From Candidatus Eiseniibacteriota bacterium (lineage in GTDB: Bacteria; Eisenbacteria; RBG-16-71-46): a DNA stretch of 64,000 nt. Position numbers and translations under genes: made by a program. Numbering within the stretch: position 1 is the first letter of the stretch; every line of letters starts with the position of its first letter. The notes below the pieces were generated by a model. That model had not been told where the DNA came from and made no database searches. It saw nothing but the letters and a program-made list of their open reading frames with translations. This document shows, piece by piece, positions 37,917-48,753 of the stretch. The stretch covers positions 256,001 to 320,000 of the forward strand of contig JBGAML010000001.1 of the NCBI GenBank assembly GCA_044223005.1, read 5' to 3'.

Positions 37917-39388
37917 ACCGCCCGACGCCGCGCAGCCTGTCGTGGATCATCGCGGCGAGCTTTCTCGTGGTGTTCGTGGTCGGCACGGCGGCGCAGGTGT
38001 TCCTCGCGCTCCGCGTGCTCCGGCCGCTCGAGGCGCGCGACGCGCGCGCGCGCGCCGAACTGCTCGCGACGCAGTTCGAGGCGCGCGTGCAGGCGCTGCC
38101 CGCCGATCCCGACGACCCGGCGCTCGGCCGCGTGCTCGATGAGGTGCGCGACTCGCTCGACGTGCCGTTTGCGGCGTTCGTGTTCCGCCGCCCCGACGGT
38201 CACGCCGCGGTGCTCGCCATGCGTCCGCCGCACGAAGAGGCGCCGCACGGACCGGCGGGCCCGGCGCCGGACGAGGGCGGGCCGCGGCCGCCGCGCGACG
38301 CGCGCACGCCCGCGCTCGGCGAGCGGCTCGCGACGCGCGCGATCACGCGCGCGGGGCGGACGCTCGGCGCGCTCGAGGTCTACCGGCTCGAACCGCCGCG
38401 CATGCCCGGACGCCGGCCGTCCGACCTGCGCGCGCTGCTGCTCGGCGTGCCGGTCGCGCTCGCCGCGTCGGTGATCGCGGGACTGCTGCTCGCGCGGCTG
38501 CTCGTGCGGCGGCTGCGTGCGATCGAGCAGCACGCGGCCCGCGTCGCGAGCGGCGATCTCTCCGCGCGCATCGGCGACACGAGCGGCGACGAGATCGGGC
38601 GGCTCGCCGGCCGGCTCGACGACATGACCGGCCGCCTCGCCGAGGCGAAGGCCCGCCAGGACGCCGACGCGCTGCAGCGCCGGCAGCTGATCGCCGACAT
38701 CACGCATGAGCTGGCGACGCCGCTCACGTCGATCCGCGGCTATGCCGAGACGCTCACCAACCCGCGCATCCCGATCGTCGACGCCGAGCGCGAACGCGTG
38801 CTGCACTCGATCCTCGAGGAATCGGGACGCATGGAGCGGCTCATCCGCGACCTGTTCGACCTCGCGCGCCTGGAAGGCGGTGCAATCGCGCTCGAACCCG
38901 AATCGCTCGACTGGGCCGCCCTCTGTCGCAACACCGCGGAGCGCTTCCGCGATCGCTTCCGCGCCGCGAACCTCGCGCTCGACGAGGCGGGCCCGCGGAG
39001 CGAAACCTGGCTGCGCGGCGACGGGCACCGCTTGGAACAGGTGATCGAGAACCTGCTCGTGAACGCGCTGCGCTACGTGCCCGCCGGCGGGCGCGTCACG
39101 TGGTCGGTCGCGCCCGCGAGCGAGGGACGCGCGCAGCTGCTCGTCGCCGACGACGGCCCCGGCGTCCCGGCCGCCGACCTGCCGCACCTCTTCGATCGCT
39201 TCTACCGTGCGCCCGGCGCGAGCGGCGCCTCGCGCGCGAGCGATCTCGGCGGCTCCGGTCTCGGACTCGCGATCGTGCGCGGCATCGTCGTGCGGCACGG
39301 CGGCACCGTGAGCGCAGCGGCCGTCGCGCCGCACGGGCTCGCGATCGCCGTCGAGTTGCCGCTCGCGGGTCCTCCCACCGGCGCCTGA
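37913..39388 (+). CDS. HAMP-domain sensor histidine kinase
   Basis: 2 TM; DEIGRLA (HAMP); ITHELATPLTSIRG; NLLVNALRY; DDGPG; GSGLGL; GTGA overlap. Confidence 0.93.
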
Positions 39389-39504
39389 GCGCCGCGGTAC
39401 GATCGCGAACCTGATAGAGTCGTCGCTCGCGATCTCGTCCGGCGGAACGCCGCCGGTTTCCCACGGCCGCCACCCCCGGCACCGCTCCCTGGCCCGCTCT
39501 CCCC

Positions 39505-40437
39505 GTGAACCGATCGATCAATCGCCTGCTGCCGCTGCTCGCCGCCGCGCTGTGCTTCGCCGCGTGCGGCCGCTCGTCCTCCACCGATCACCGTGCGTCC
39601 GCGCCGGGCGATTCGGCCGCCGCGATCGCCGACACCGCGCGCCGCGACACGACGCCCACGCCGCCGCTGGTCGCCGCGCGCTACCACGCGATCGTGCTCG
39701 GCGAAGCGTCCATGCTGCGCGCGCTGCGCGATTCGCTGGGCGAAGACGCGTTCGCGCTCGTGCTCGCGCTCAACCGCGTCGACCTCGGGCACGCGCGTTC
39801 GGGCGACACGCTCGTGCTGCCGGAGCCGGCCGACTCGGCCGCGATCTCGCCGTTCCCCGCCGCGATCCCGGGTGCCGATTCGCTGCCCAAGCTGCTCGTG
39901 GTCTCCAACCGCGTGCAGGCGTGGGCCGCGTATGCGAACGGCCGGCGCGTGAAGTGGGGCGCCTGCTGCACCGGCCGGCGCACCAAGCCGACGCCGGTGG
40001 GCCTCTACCACACCAACTGGCGCCAGCCCGAGCGGCACAGCACGATCGACGGCTCGTGGCTGCTGCAGTGGTACGTGAACCTCGACGCGATGGAAGGCGT
40101 CTCGTTCCACGTGTTCGACCTGCCCGGCCGCCCCGCGAGCCATTCGTGCGTGCGGCTCTCGGTGCCCGACGCGCAGTGGATCTATCGCTGGTGCGACACG
40201 TGGCGGCTCGCCGACAAGCGCCACGTCGCGGTGCAGGGCACGCCGGCGATCGTGCTCGACCGCTACGCGTTCGGCTCGCGCCGGCCGTGGCGCGCGCTGA
40301 CCGCCGATCCGCACGCCTGCGACGTCTCCGCGGACAGTCTCGCCGCGGCGATCCGCGGCTACGGCCTGCCCGAGCACGCACACGCGCCCGCCGACACGCT
40401 CGCACGCGTCGCGCCCGCGGATTCGTCCGCGCACTGA
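39505..40437 (+). CDS. L,D-transpeptidase (YkuD family) lipoprotein
   Basis: FAA-C lipobox; PTPVG; catalytic motif FH...PASHSCVRL. Confidence 0.9.
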   Translation: MNRSINRLLPLLAAALCFAACGRSSSTDHRASAPGDSAAAIADTARRDTTPTPPLVAARYHAIVLGEASMLRALRDSLGEDAFALVLALNRVDLGHARSGDTLVLPEPADSAAISPFPAAIPGADSLPKLLVVSNRVQAWAAYANGRRVKWGACCTGRRTKPTPVGLYHTNWRQPERHSTIDGSWLLQWYVNLDAMEGVSFHVFDLPGRPASHSCVRLSVPDAQWIYRWCDTWRLADKRHVAVQGTPAIVLDRYAFGSRRPWRALTADPHACDVSADSLAAAIRGYGLPEHAHAPADTLARVAPADSSAH

Positions 40438-40523
40438 ATCGCCCCCCGGCTGGCGGGTGATCGGGGAGCCGGGCTAGGCTGCGCGCCGAGCAAGCCGCGC
40501 CACCTCCACCCGGACGATCCGCC

Positions 40524-41957
40524 ATGCCCGACGCTTCCCCGCTCGACCTCGCCCGCGCCGTTCCGCGCGAACTCGTGAGCGAACTGCTCGCGATCGCGCG
40601 CGCTTCCGGCGCCGAGTTCGCCGATGTCTACGCCGAGCACACCGTGACCGGCAGCCACGCGTTCGCCGAAGGCCGCGTGAAGAGCGCGTCGTACGCCGTG
40701 ACGAGCGGCATCGGCGTGCGCGCGATCGTCGGCGACCAGACCGGCTACGCCTACGCCGACGGTTTCGCCGCCGCCGACGCGCGCGACGCGGCGCGCGTGG
40801 CGGCCGGCATCGCGCGCTCGGGCCGCGCGGGCGGACCGCCGCAGGCGTTCCGCGTCGTGGACGCGCCCGCGCCGTTCGTGCTGGCGCGCCCCGCCGCGCG
40901 CGCGCTCGCCGAGGCGCAGCCGGTGGAGTTCCTGCGCCGCGCCGACGCGGCGGCGCGCGCGCACGATCCGCGCGTGCGCGAGGTGATGGCGAACTTCGCC
41001 ACGTCGAGCAAGTCGTTCCTCGTCGCCAACACCGACGGCGTGTGGGCGGAGGACCGCAACGACCTCTCACGGCTCGTGGTCAACGTGATCGCCGTGGACG
41101 GCGACGACCGCCAGGAGGGCTACGCGGCCGGCGGCGGCATCGTCGAGACGGACTACTACGACACCGCGCGCACGCCCGAGATCGTCGCGGCCGAGGCCGC
41201 GGGCACGGCGACGCTGCTGCTCACGGCGCGCGAGCCCGAGGCGGGCTCCTACCCGGTGGTGGTGTGCAATGGTTGGGGCGGCGTGATGGTGCACGAGTGC
41301 TTCGGCCACAGCATGGAAGGCGACACGATCCGCAAGGGCACGTCGATTCGCGCCACGCAGAAGGGACAGCTCGTGGCCGCGAAGGGCGTGACGATCGTGG
41401 ACTCGGGGCTCGTGCCGAACTCGCGCGGCAGCTTCCGCGTCGACGACGAGGGCACGCCCGCGCGGCGCACGGTGCTCGTCGAGGACGGCATCCTGGTCGG
41501 CTACATGTGGGACCGGCTGAACGCGATGCTCACGGGCAACGCGCCCACCGGCAACGGCCGCCGCGCCTCGTACCGCGACGTGCCGCTCTGCCGCATGACC
41601 ACCACGTACATCGAGCCCGGCCCGCACGATCCCGCCGCGCTCGTCGGCTCGGTCGCGCGCGGCCTCTACTGCAAGCGCCTCGGCGGCGGCTCGGTGAACA
41701 CGGCCGACGGCAACTTCTCGTTCCAGGTCACCGAGGCGTGGCAGATCGAGAACGGCCAGCTCACGCACCCGGTGCGCAACGCGACGCTCGCGGGCAACGG
41801 CAACGACGCGATGCTCAAGATCGACGGCGTCGGCAGCGATCTCGCCTTCGACGGCACCACGGGCTCGTGCGGCAAGGACGGCCAGTGGAAGCCGGTGGGC
41901 GTCGGCCAGCCCACCGTGCGCTTCACCGGCATCACGGTCGGAGGGACCGCCGTATGA
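40524..41957 (+). CDS. tldD: TldD metalloprotease
   Basis: HECFGHSMEGD, DDEGTP, TGNGRR and CGKDGQ..PVGVGQPT. Confidence 0.93.
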   Translation: MPDASPLDLARAVPRELVSELLAIARASGAEFADVYAEHTVTGSHAFAEGRVKSASYAVTSGIGVRAIVGDQTGYAYADGFAAADARDAARVAAGIARSGRAGGPPQAFRVVDAPAPFVLARPAARALAEAQPVEFLRRADAAARAHDPRVREVMANFATSSKSFLVANTDGVWAEDRNDLSRLVVNVIAVDGDDRQEGYAAGGGIVETDYYDTARTPEIVAAEAAGTATLLLTAREPEAGSYPVVVCNGWGGVMVHECFGHSMEGDTIRKGTSIRATQKGQLVAAKGVTIVDSGLVPNSRGSFRVDDEGTPARRTVLVEDGILVGYMWDRLNAMLTGNAPTGNGRRASYRDVPLCRMTTTYIEPGPHDPAALVGSVARGLYCKRLGGGSVNTADGNFSFQVTEAWQIENGQLTHPVRNATLAGNGNDAMLKIDGVGSDLAFDGTTGSCGKDGQWKPVGVGQPTVRFTGITVGGTAV

Positions 41958-43324
41958 ATCGCCCGTACGCTTCGGCCGAGACCCTGTTCGCGCACGCCGA
42001 GCGCGCGCTCGCGCGTGCGAAGGCCGCGGGCGCCGACGTCGCCGACGCCTGCCTCGAGAGCTCGCGCGCGTTCACCGTGAGCGTGCTCGGCGGCCGCATC
42101 GAGACGCTCAAGCAGAGCGGCTCGCTCGGCCTCGGCCTGCGCGTCGTCGTGAACGGCGCGGTCGGCTTCTGCAGCGGCACCGATCTGTCGCCCGAAGGGC
42201 TCGACGATCTCGCGCGCCGCGCGGTCGCGCTTTCGCGACACGCGACGCCCGACGAGGCCAACGGCGCGCCCACGCCCGCCGAAGCGGGCGGTGACGCGGG
42301 CGGCGATCTCGACATCCTCGACCCGGCCGCGATCGAGCTGCCGGTGGAGCAGAAGATCGAGATGGCGCTCGAGCTCGAGCGTATCGTGCTCGGCACCGAC
42401 GCGCGCATCGGGCGCACCGACGGCGCCAGCGTGAGCAGCAGCGGCGGCGTGTTCGCGATCGCCAACTCGCACGGACTGGCGCGGGCCTGGGAAGGCAGCT
42501 CGGTCAGCGCCTCCGTGATCGCGCTCGCCGACGATCGCGACCGCCAGCAGACCGGCTGGTCGTACTCGAGCCAGCGGCACCTCGCCGACCTGCCCGCGAT
42601 GGAAGCGCTCGCCCGCGAGGCCGCCACCCGCGCCCTCGCGCGGCTCGGCGGCCGGCCGGTGCCCGCCGCGCGCGTCCCCGTGGTGATGAGCCCCGACGTC
42701 GCGAGCGCGTGGATCTCGGACATGTACGACGCGTTCAGCGCCGAGTCGGTGCTGCAGCAGTCCTCGTGGCTCGCGGGCAAGCTCGGCGAGACGATCGCCT
42801 CGCCCGCGTTCTCGCTGGTCGACGACGGCACGCTGCGGCGCGGGCTGGGCTCTTCGCCCTACGACTGCGAGGGCGCGCGGACGCGCCGCAACGTGCTCGT
42901 GGACACGGGTCGGCTCGCGATGTTCGCGTACGACCACTACCACGCGAAGCGCGCCGGCGTGCCCGGCACGGCCAACGGCGTGCGCGGCTACTCGAGCACG
43001 CCGGGGATCGGCTTCCACAACCTGTTCGTGGTCCCGGGCGAGCGCTCGCCCGAGGAGATCGTGCGCTCGCTCGACCGCGCGTTCTGGTTCGACGAGTCGG
43101 GATCGTTCGGCTACAACCCGGTGAGCGGCGACTACTCGTACCAGGCGCAGGGCTTCTGGATCGAGAAGGGCGAGAAGGCATTCCCGGTCGACGGCGTCAC
43201 CGTGGCCGGGCGCTCGCTCGACATGCTCCGGAACGTCACGGCGGTCGGCAACGACCTCGTGTTCCGCTCGTCGGTCGCCGCGCCGACACTGCTGATCGGC
43301 GAGATGACGCTCAGTGGCGCCTGA
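41954..43324 (+). CDS. pmbA: TldE/PmbA partner
   Basis: GSSPYDCEG, NPVSGDYS and PVDGVTVAG; lacks HExxxH; ATGA overlap. Confidence 0.9.
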   Translation: MNRPYASAETLFAHAERALARAKAAGADVADACLESSRAFTVSVLGGRIETLKQSGSLGLGLRVVVNGAVGFCSGTDLSPEGLDDLARRAVALSRHATPDEANGAPTPAEAGGDAGGDLDILDPAAIELPVEQKIEMALELERIVLGTDARIGRTDGASVSSSGGVFAIANSHGLARAWEGSSVSASVIALADDRDRQQTGWSYSSQRHLADLPAMEALAREAATRALARLGGRPVPAARVPVVMSPDVASAWISDMYDAFSAESVLQQSSWLAGKLGETIASPAFSLVDDGTLRRGLGSSPYDCEGARTRRNVLVDTGRLAMFAYDHYHAKRAGVPGTANGVRGYSSTPGIGFHNLFVVPGERSPEEIVRSLDRAFWFDESGSFGYNPVSGDYSYQAQGFWIEKGEKAFPVDGVTVAGRSLDMLRNVTAVGNDLVFRSSVAAPTLLIGEMTLSGA

Positions 43325-43517
43325 GCGCACCGGCCGTTACGCGCATTTCACGCCGGCGCCGCGCGGCGGAAACGCTTCGGCGCGCATCCTCCCGGTGGTG
43401 ATGCGCGATGCGACGACCCGAAGAGCGAGCGAGGCGTCGGCGACACCCCTCCGGCGGAGCGAAGCAGCTCTGCCGGTCGCGTTTCGGGGCACCCGCGCGT
43501 GACGCCGCGCGCCGCCG

Positions 43518-44690
43518 CTACGACGCGCGGAACGTGCTGACGACCGCGACGGCGCGCCGCGGCGTGGGCGCCGGCGCGTGGGCGTGGCCGAGGCGCACGA
43601 GCAGCAGCGGCTCCTCGCCCGTGGCGCCGAACAACTGCGCGAGCCCGGTGCGGTGCTCCTCCGACTCGACCGGCGCCGAGAGCGGCTGCTGCGCCAGGTG
43701 CAGCGACGTCGCCTTGAGCGCGAGCCGCTGGTAGGCCTGGCCAGCCACGAGGAACGTCGCGTCGTGCTTCGCCGGCGCGGTGATCAGCGCGAGCGCGCCC
43801 GCCGAACGCACCGCGTCCTCGGCCTCGTGCGCCACGCTGCCCGCGCCCCACGCGAACGCGTGGTGTCCGGGCGCCAGTGCGCGCGCCGCGAGCCAGCCGA
43901 GCGGCCCGGCGAGTCCGAGTTGGTCGGGCGTCACGCCGTCGGCCGTGCGCCGGGCGTCGCCGGTGGAGTAGCGCAGCCAGCGGAGCCGGTCGCGCTGGGC
44001 GACGCGGTCGCGGGCGCGCTGCCAGGTCGCCTCGCGAACGAGCTTCGCCACGCGGCGGATCACGTTGCGGTCGTCGAGCCAGCGCAGGCCGAGGTCCTCG
44101 GGCACCTGCGCCTGCATCTGGGCGCGGTCGGGACCGGCGATCGCCCGGCCGTCGTAGTGGCGCGGATTGGTGCGCCGCCACGGGATCGCCTGGAACATGG
44201 CGCGGTCGCGATGCGCCTCGCCGGGCATCCAGGAGACGCGCGCCACGACCAGCGGCGAACCGGCGCGCGCCGCGGGTCCCCACGGAAGGTACTGCACCGT
44301 CGGCTGCTGGCCCCACGCGCGCGCGGCGACGAGCAGGTTCTCGAGCGCCGCGCCGAGCGACATCTGCGTGAAGCGCTGGTCCGGATCGCACCCCGGCAGG
44401 GCACGCGCCGGATCGAGCGTCAGCCGCAGTTCGGCGGGGTCGACCTCGAACCGCCACGGCTGCGCGTTCCAGAAGCTGGGCGCCAGGATCGAGGCGCCGA
44501 TCAGCGCGCGGGCCGACTCGATCGCGCCCGCCGGCATGGACTCCGGCAGCGTCCACGTCCCGGTCGGGACGCTGGCGACGCGGCGCGCCGCTTCGACGAT
44601 CGTCGGCGGCAACGCGGCGAGGGCCGCGGCTCCCCCGACGAGCACGAGGAAGCGGCGGCGATCGATCGCGAGCGAAGCGAACTCGGGCAT
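43518..44690 (-). CDS. Acg-family FMN-dependent nitroreductase-like protein with a Tat signal
   Basis: DRRRFL Tat motif; LAPSFWNAQPWRF, SLGAALENL, RRTN and LLLVRLG. Confidence 0.85.
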   Translation of the reverse strand: MPEFASLAIDRRRFLVLVGGAAALAALPPTIVEAARRVASVPTGTWTLPESMPAGAIESARALIGASILAPSFWNAQPWRFEVDPAELRLTLDPARALPGCDPDQRFTQMSLGAALENLLVAARAWGQQPTVQYLPWGPAARAGSPLVVARVSWMPGEAHRDRAMFQAIPWRRTNPRHYDGRAIAGPDRAQMQAQVPEDLGLRWLDDRNVIRRVAKLVREATWQRARDRVAQRDRLRWLRYSTGDARRTADGVTPDQLGLAGPLGWLAARALAPGHHAFAWGAGSVAHEAEDAVRSAGALALITAPAKHDATFLVAGQAYQRLALKATSLHLAQQPLSAPVESEEHRTGLAQLFGATGEEPLLLVRLGHAHAPAPTPRRAVAVVSTFRAS

Positions 44691-44975
44691 CCGCGACTGC
44701 GGAGCCCGGGCCCGCCGGGATGAGCCGTCCATGATCCGGCGAGGGTCGTGCATGTCCGGTCCGGGGTCAACGCGCATGGCGCACCCCGGATGCGCCCGCG
44801 CGGAGCGCGCTGCCGCGGACCGGGAAAATGGCGCTCCGATCCGCACGACGCGCGCCACTCCGCGGTTCGTCCTACCGCCGGAGGCACCGCCGTTCTCCCG
44901 CGAATGCACCGCGTGCGCCCCGCGCCGGCGCGCCGCGCTTGCCGGCGGCCGCGCGCGCTCGCTAGCGTGCGGGCC

Positions 44976-45476
44976 GTGGAGCCCACCCGCTACGTCACCG
45001 ACGCCTCGCTCGATCTCGTCGCCCGCCGCCTGCGGCTGCTCGGCTTCGACGTCGTCACCCACCGCGGCGCGCGCCTCGAGGAACTCTTCGACGCCGCGGC
45101 GCGCGAGGGGCGGACCGTGCTCACGACGAGCGGCCGCCACCCGAAACGCTGGGCCGCGGTCCCGGGGCTGCGGCTCCCGCGCGACGCCCGTGACGGCGTG
45201 CGGATCGTCGCCGATCAGGGCGTCCCGGCAGGGGCGCCGTTCAGCCGCTGCACCGAGTGCAACGTCGGGCTGCGAACGCGCTCGCGATTCGAGGCCATGG
45301 GCGAGGTCCCGGGCCGCGTGGCGCGCGGCGGCTCGCCCCTCACCTGGTGCCCCGCGTGCGGCCGCTGGTACTGGGTCGGCAGCCACGTGGCCCGGCTCGC
45401 CGCATGGCTCTCGGAGGTCACGGGGAAGCCCGTCGCGCCCCCTGGGGCATCCGGCCCGGTTCCCGGAAACACTTGA
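44976..45476 (+). CDS. Mut7-C RNase domain protein (PIN-like + Zn ribbon)
   Basis: YVTDASL..VARRLRLLGFD, AAREGRTVLT, FSRCTECN and CPACGRWYWVGSH. Confidence 0.88.
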   Translation: MEPTRYVTDASLDLVARRLRLLGFDVVTHRGARLEELFDAAAREGRTVLTTSGRHPKRWAAVPGLRLPRDARDGVRIVADQGVPAGAPFSRCTECNVGLRTRSRFEAMGEVPGRVARGGSPLTWCPACGRWYWVGSHVARLAAWLSEVTGKPVAPPGASGPVPGNT

Positions 45477-45808
45477 AACGCACGCAAGGAGTTTGACATG
45501 GCGGTGTACAGCGAGGGCGAACCGGACCGCTGCTGATGCGGGTTTGCGCGTTCTCGAGGTTGCGCCGCTCGCTCGCGCTGCTGCACAATCTCCGGCGGAG
45601 CGCCTGCTGTGCACTGGACTCGAGCTCGGAGAGATCGTGGGGAGAGGCTCGACCCGGCGCCAGCGGCGCTCCGCTTCGACGAGACGCCAGATCTGCTCGG
45701 GCGACCTTCCCGACCGGTCTGGCGATTTCGTTGGTGCCGACGGCGGCGAGCGCGGGTGATAGACTCTCCCACCCACGGATTCCGCACTCCCCACCCGCTC
45801 CGGACCGC

Positions 45809-46663
45809 ATGGACCTTTCGGTCGTCGTCGTCACCTACCACTCCCTCTCCCACATCGCGGCCTGTCTCGGGTCCCTGGACCGCGCCCGCGCGGGGTTCGA
45901 GATGGAGGTGCTGGTCGTCGACAACGCCTCGACCGACCGCACGCTCGACGAGGTCCGTTCGGTCGCGCCGTGGGCCCGGATCGTCCAGACCGGCGACAAT
46001 CTCGGGTACGCCAAGGCCGTGAACATCGGGATCCGGGAATCGACCGGCGAGTTCGTGGTGGTGCTGAACCCGGATTCGATCGTCGAGCCGGATGCCTTCA
46101 CCGCCCTGCACGAGTGGATGCGCGCGCACCCGAAGTGCGCCGTCGCCGGCCCGCAGATCCGCAATCCCGACGGCACGATCGAGTACACGGCGCGCTCGTT
46201 CCCGGGACCGCTGGCGTTCCTGTTCAACCGCTACTCGCTGCTCACGCGGCTCTGGCCGGGGAACCCGTGGTCGCGGGCCTACCTGCTCTCGGACTGGGAC
46301 CACGCCTCGCCGCGGTCGGTGGACTGGGTCTCGGGCGCGTGCATGTTCGTCCGCCGGACCGCGATCGCCCAGTGCGGCGGCATGGACGAGTTCTTCTTCA
46401 TGTTCAACGAGGACGTGGACTGGTGCCACGTCCTGCGTGACGGCGGCTGGGAGGTGGACTTCGTCCCGGCCGCGCGGGTCATGCACCACGTCGGCGCGAG
46501 CCGCAGCCGCGTCGCCGACCGGGTGATCCTCGAGCGCCACCGCGGCATGATCCACTATTATCGCAAGCACCATCGCTCGAACCCGCTGCTGGACGCGCTC
46601 GTGAGCACGTTCGTCATGCTGCGGGCGCGACTGATGCTGCTGCAGAACCACTGGCGCCCCTGA
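45809..46663 (+). CDS. GT2-family glycosyltransferase (WbbL-like)
   Basis: LSVVVVTY, VVDNASTD, NLGYAKAVN, LNPD, VDWVSGACM and FMFNEDVDWC. Confidence 0.92.
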   Translation: MDLSVVVVTYHSLSHIAACLGSLDRARAGFEMEVLVVDNASTDRTLDEVRSVAPWARIVQTGDNLGYAKAVNIGIRESTGEFVVVLNPDSIVEPDAFTALHEWMRAHPKCAVAGPQIRNPDGTIEYTARSFPGPLAFLFNRYSLLTRLWPGNPWSRAYLLSDWDHASPRSVDWVSGACMFVRRTAIAQCGGMDEFFFMFNEDVDWCHVLRDGGWEVDFVPAARVMHHVGASRSRVADRVILERHRGMIHYYRKHHRSNPLLDALVSTFVMLRARLMLLQNHWRP

Positions 46664-47730
46664 TGCCCTACTCGCTGCAGCTGCTGATCGCCGCCGCGGT
46701 GGTCGCGTTCGCGCTCACCCCGGCCGCGCGCGCGCTGGCGCTGCGGCTCGGGGCGATCGACCACCCCGACGCGCGCCGCATCCACGTCACGCCGACCCCG
46801 CGCTTCGGCGGCCTGGCGATCGCGGCCGCGGTACTCGGCGTCGCGTGGGCAGCCCGCGTGCTGCCGGGCCCCGCGGCGCTGCTCGACCCGAAGCCGTTGC
46901 TCGGGCTGACGTGCGCGGCCTTGCCCATCGTGGCACTCGGCATGGCCGACGATCGCTGGAGCGTGAGCCCGTGGGTCAAGCTGGGCGTGCAGGCGTGCGC
47001 GGGCATCACGCTGACGCTGTTCGGCTTCGGGATCCCCGTGCTCACGAACCCGTTCGGCCCGCCGATCGCGCTGGGCGTCTTCAACGTACCGCTCACCGTG
47101 CTGTGGGTGATGGTCGTCACCAACGCGATCAACCTGATCGACGGGCTCGACGGCCTCGCGGCGGGCGTGGTCGCGATCGCGTGCGCCTCGCTCGCGGTGG
47201 TCGGGCGCATCCACTCCGACTTCTACGTCATGTTCCTCTCGGCGCTGATCGTCGGCGCGTGCCTGGGATTCCTGCGCTGGAACTTCCCGCCGGCATCCGT
47301 GTTCATGGGCGACACCGGCAGCCAGTTCCTCGGCTTCACACTCGCGACGCTTTCGCTGCTCGAGAACCGCAAGGGCACCGCCGCGATCACGCTGCTGCTG
47401 CCGCTGGTCACGCTGGCGCTGCCGCTCGCGGACACGACCGTGGTGTTCTTCCGCCGCGCGTGGCACCGCCAGCACGTCTTCCGCGGTGACACGCAGCACG
47501 TCCACCACCAGTTGCTCGGCGCCGGGCTCGGGCATCGCGGCGCGCTGTTCGCGATGTGGACGCTCGGCGGGCTCTTCGGCCTCGTCGCGGTGCTCATGGA
47601 GTGGCTGCCGCGCCTCTGGACGCCGCTCCTCGTCACGATCCTCGGCGCAGTGCTGTTCGTCACGTTCGAGATCCTGCGCGCCGCCCGCCGGAACGGGCGC
47701 AGCGGCCGGCCCGACCCGCGTCGCGGCTGA
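46663..47730 (+). CDS. wecA: WecA/TagO-like undecaprenyl-phosphate sugar-1-phosphate transferase
   Basis: RRIH..PTPRFGG, GMADD, NAINLIDGLDGLA, FMGDTGS and HVHH. Confidence 0.9.
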   Translation: MPYSLQLLIAAAVVAFALTPAARALALRLGAIDHPDARRIHVTPTPRFGGLAIAAAVLGVAWAARVLPGPAALLDPKPLLGLTCAALPIVALGMADDRWSVSPWVKLGVQACAGITLTLFGFGIPVLTNPFGPPIALGVFNVPLTVLWVMVVTNAINLIDGLDGLAAGVVAIACASLAVVGRIHSDFYVMFLSALIVGACLGFLRWNFPPASVFMGDTGSQFLGFTLATLSLLENRKGTAAITLLLPLVTLALPLADTTVVFFRRAWHRQHVFRGDTQHVHHQLLGAGLGHRGALFAMWTLGGLFGLVAVLMEWLPRLWTPLLVTILGAVLFVTFEILRAARRNGRSGRPDPRRG

Positions 47731-47774
47731 GCGGAGCGCCGGCATCGCGCCGGCGCTCCGCCCGGCCGGCCGCG

Positions 47775-48494
47775 TCAGTGGTCCGTGACGTCGAGCTCGA
47801 ACGGCGGCTTCGTGCCCGGCGCCGTCGCGGTCATCGGCAGGCGCTGCTCGCGCTCGGCCTCGGCGCTGCGCCGCTTCCATTCCTCGGCGCCCAGCGTCTG
47901 GCCCTGCACCACGAGGACGCGCGTGCGGTTCTCGAACGGCACCCGCACCACCAGCGCGTCCGTTTCGTCGAGCCGCTCGTCCGCCAGCACGCGCCCGGGC
48001 ATGCTGCCCATCAGCGCCTGCACGCGCACGCGCGCGCCGCGGCCGTCGCTCTCGCGCGAGATCGCGAAGCCGTCGCCCGCCGGCGAGCGGAAGAGCCCCG
48101 TGCCGCCGGTCACGAGCCCGTGACCCGACCACACGATCGCCGCGTCGGCGCCCATGTCGGCGCCCGGGCCGCGGGCGATGCGCAGCGCGCGGCGCCCGAC
48201 GCTGAGCGGGCCCGCGCCGTGCACCACGCGCGCGGGCGCGAAGCCCGCGCCGGGCACGTCCTCGAGCAGCGTGAGCTGGACCGAGGCGCCCGCCTCGATC
48301 GGGTCGATGTTGCGGAAACGCATCGTGCAGACGCCGGCGAGCGCGCACGACCCGTGGCCGGAGATGCACCACTGCGCCCCGCCCTGCGCGAGCATGCACT
48401 GCAGGTCGCTCGAGCAGAGCGCGCACGCGCCCGCCGCTCCGGCCTGGAGCACGAGCGCCAGTCCCCATCCCATTCCCATCCACCACCTGCGCAT
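47775..48494 (-). CDS. Secreted hypothetical protein with a Cys-rich N-terminal module
   Basis: Signal peptide followed by six Cys within about 35 aa; beta-rich remainder. Confidence 0.6.
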   Translation of the reverse strand: MRRWWMGMGWGLALVLQAGAAGACALCSSDLQCMLAQGGAQWCISGHGSCALAGVCTMRFRNIDPIEAGASVQLTLLEDVPGAGFAPARVVHGAGPLSVGRRALRIARGPGADMGADAAIVWSGHGLVTGGTGLFRSPAGDGFAISRESDGRGARVRVQALMGSMPGRVLADERLDETDALVVRVPFENRTRVLVVQGQTLGAEEWKRRSAEAEREQRLPMTATAPGTKPPFELDVTDH

Positions 48495-48753
48495 GCCGAC
48501 ACTCCTTCCGGGGGCGATCGAGCGCGGCCGCATGTCGGGCCGCCCGCGCCGCGCGCGGCGCATTCGCGCCGGCGTGCCGCGTCGGGCGTCTCTTGCACGC
48601 GACGTGCCCGGCGTAAACGGCGGCAGGCCACGGGCGCGGCGCGCCGGCGGCGTCAACGGCGGTGACGCGGCGTCGCCGGCGTGCACACCCCGAAACGATT
48701 CGGCGCCGGTCCCCGAGAGGGAGCCGGCGCCGAGTGATCGCGTGCCGGAGACG

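Noticed and set aside
40524..43324. tldD/pmbA as part of a RiPP cluster
   Set aside because: No precursor peptide or YcaO/modifying enzyme lies nearby, so this is consistent with the ordinary housekeeping pair.
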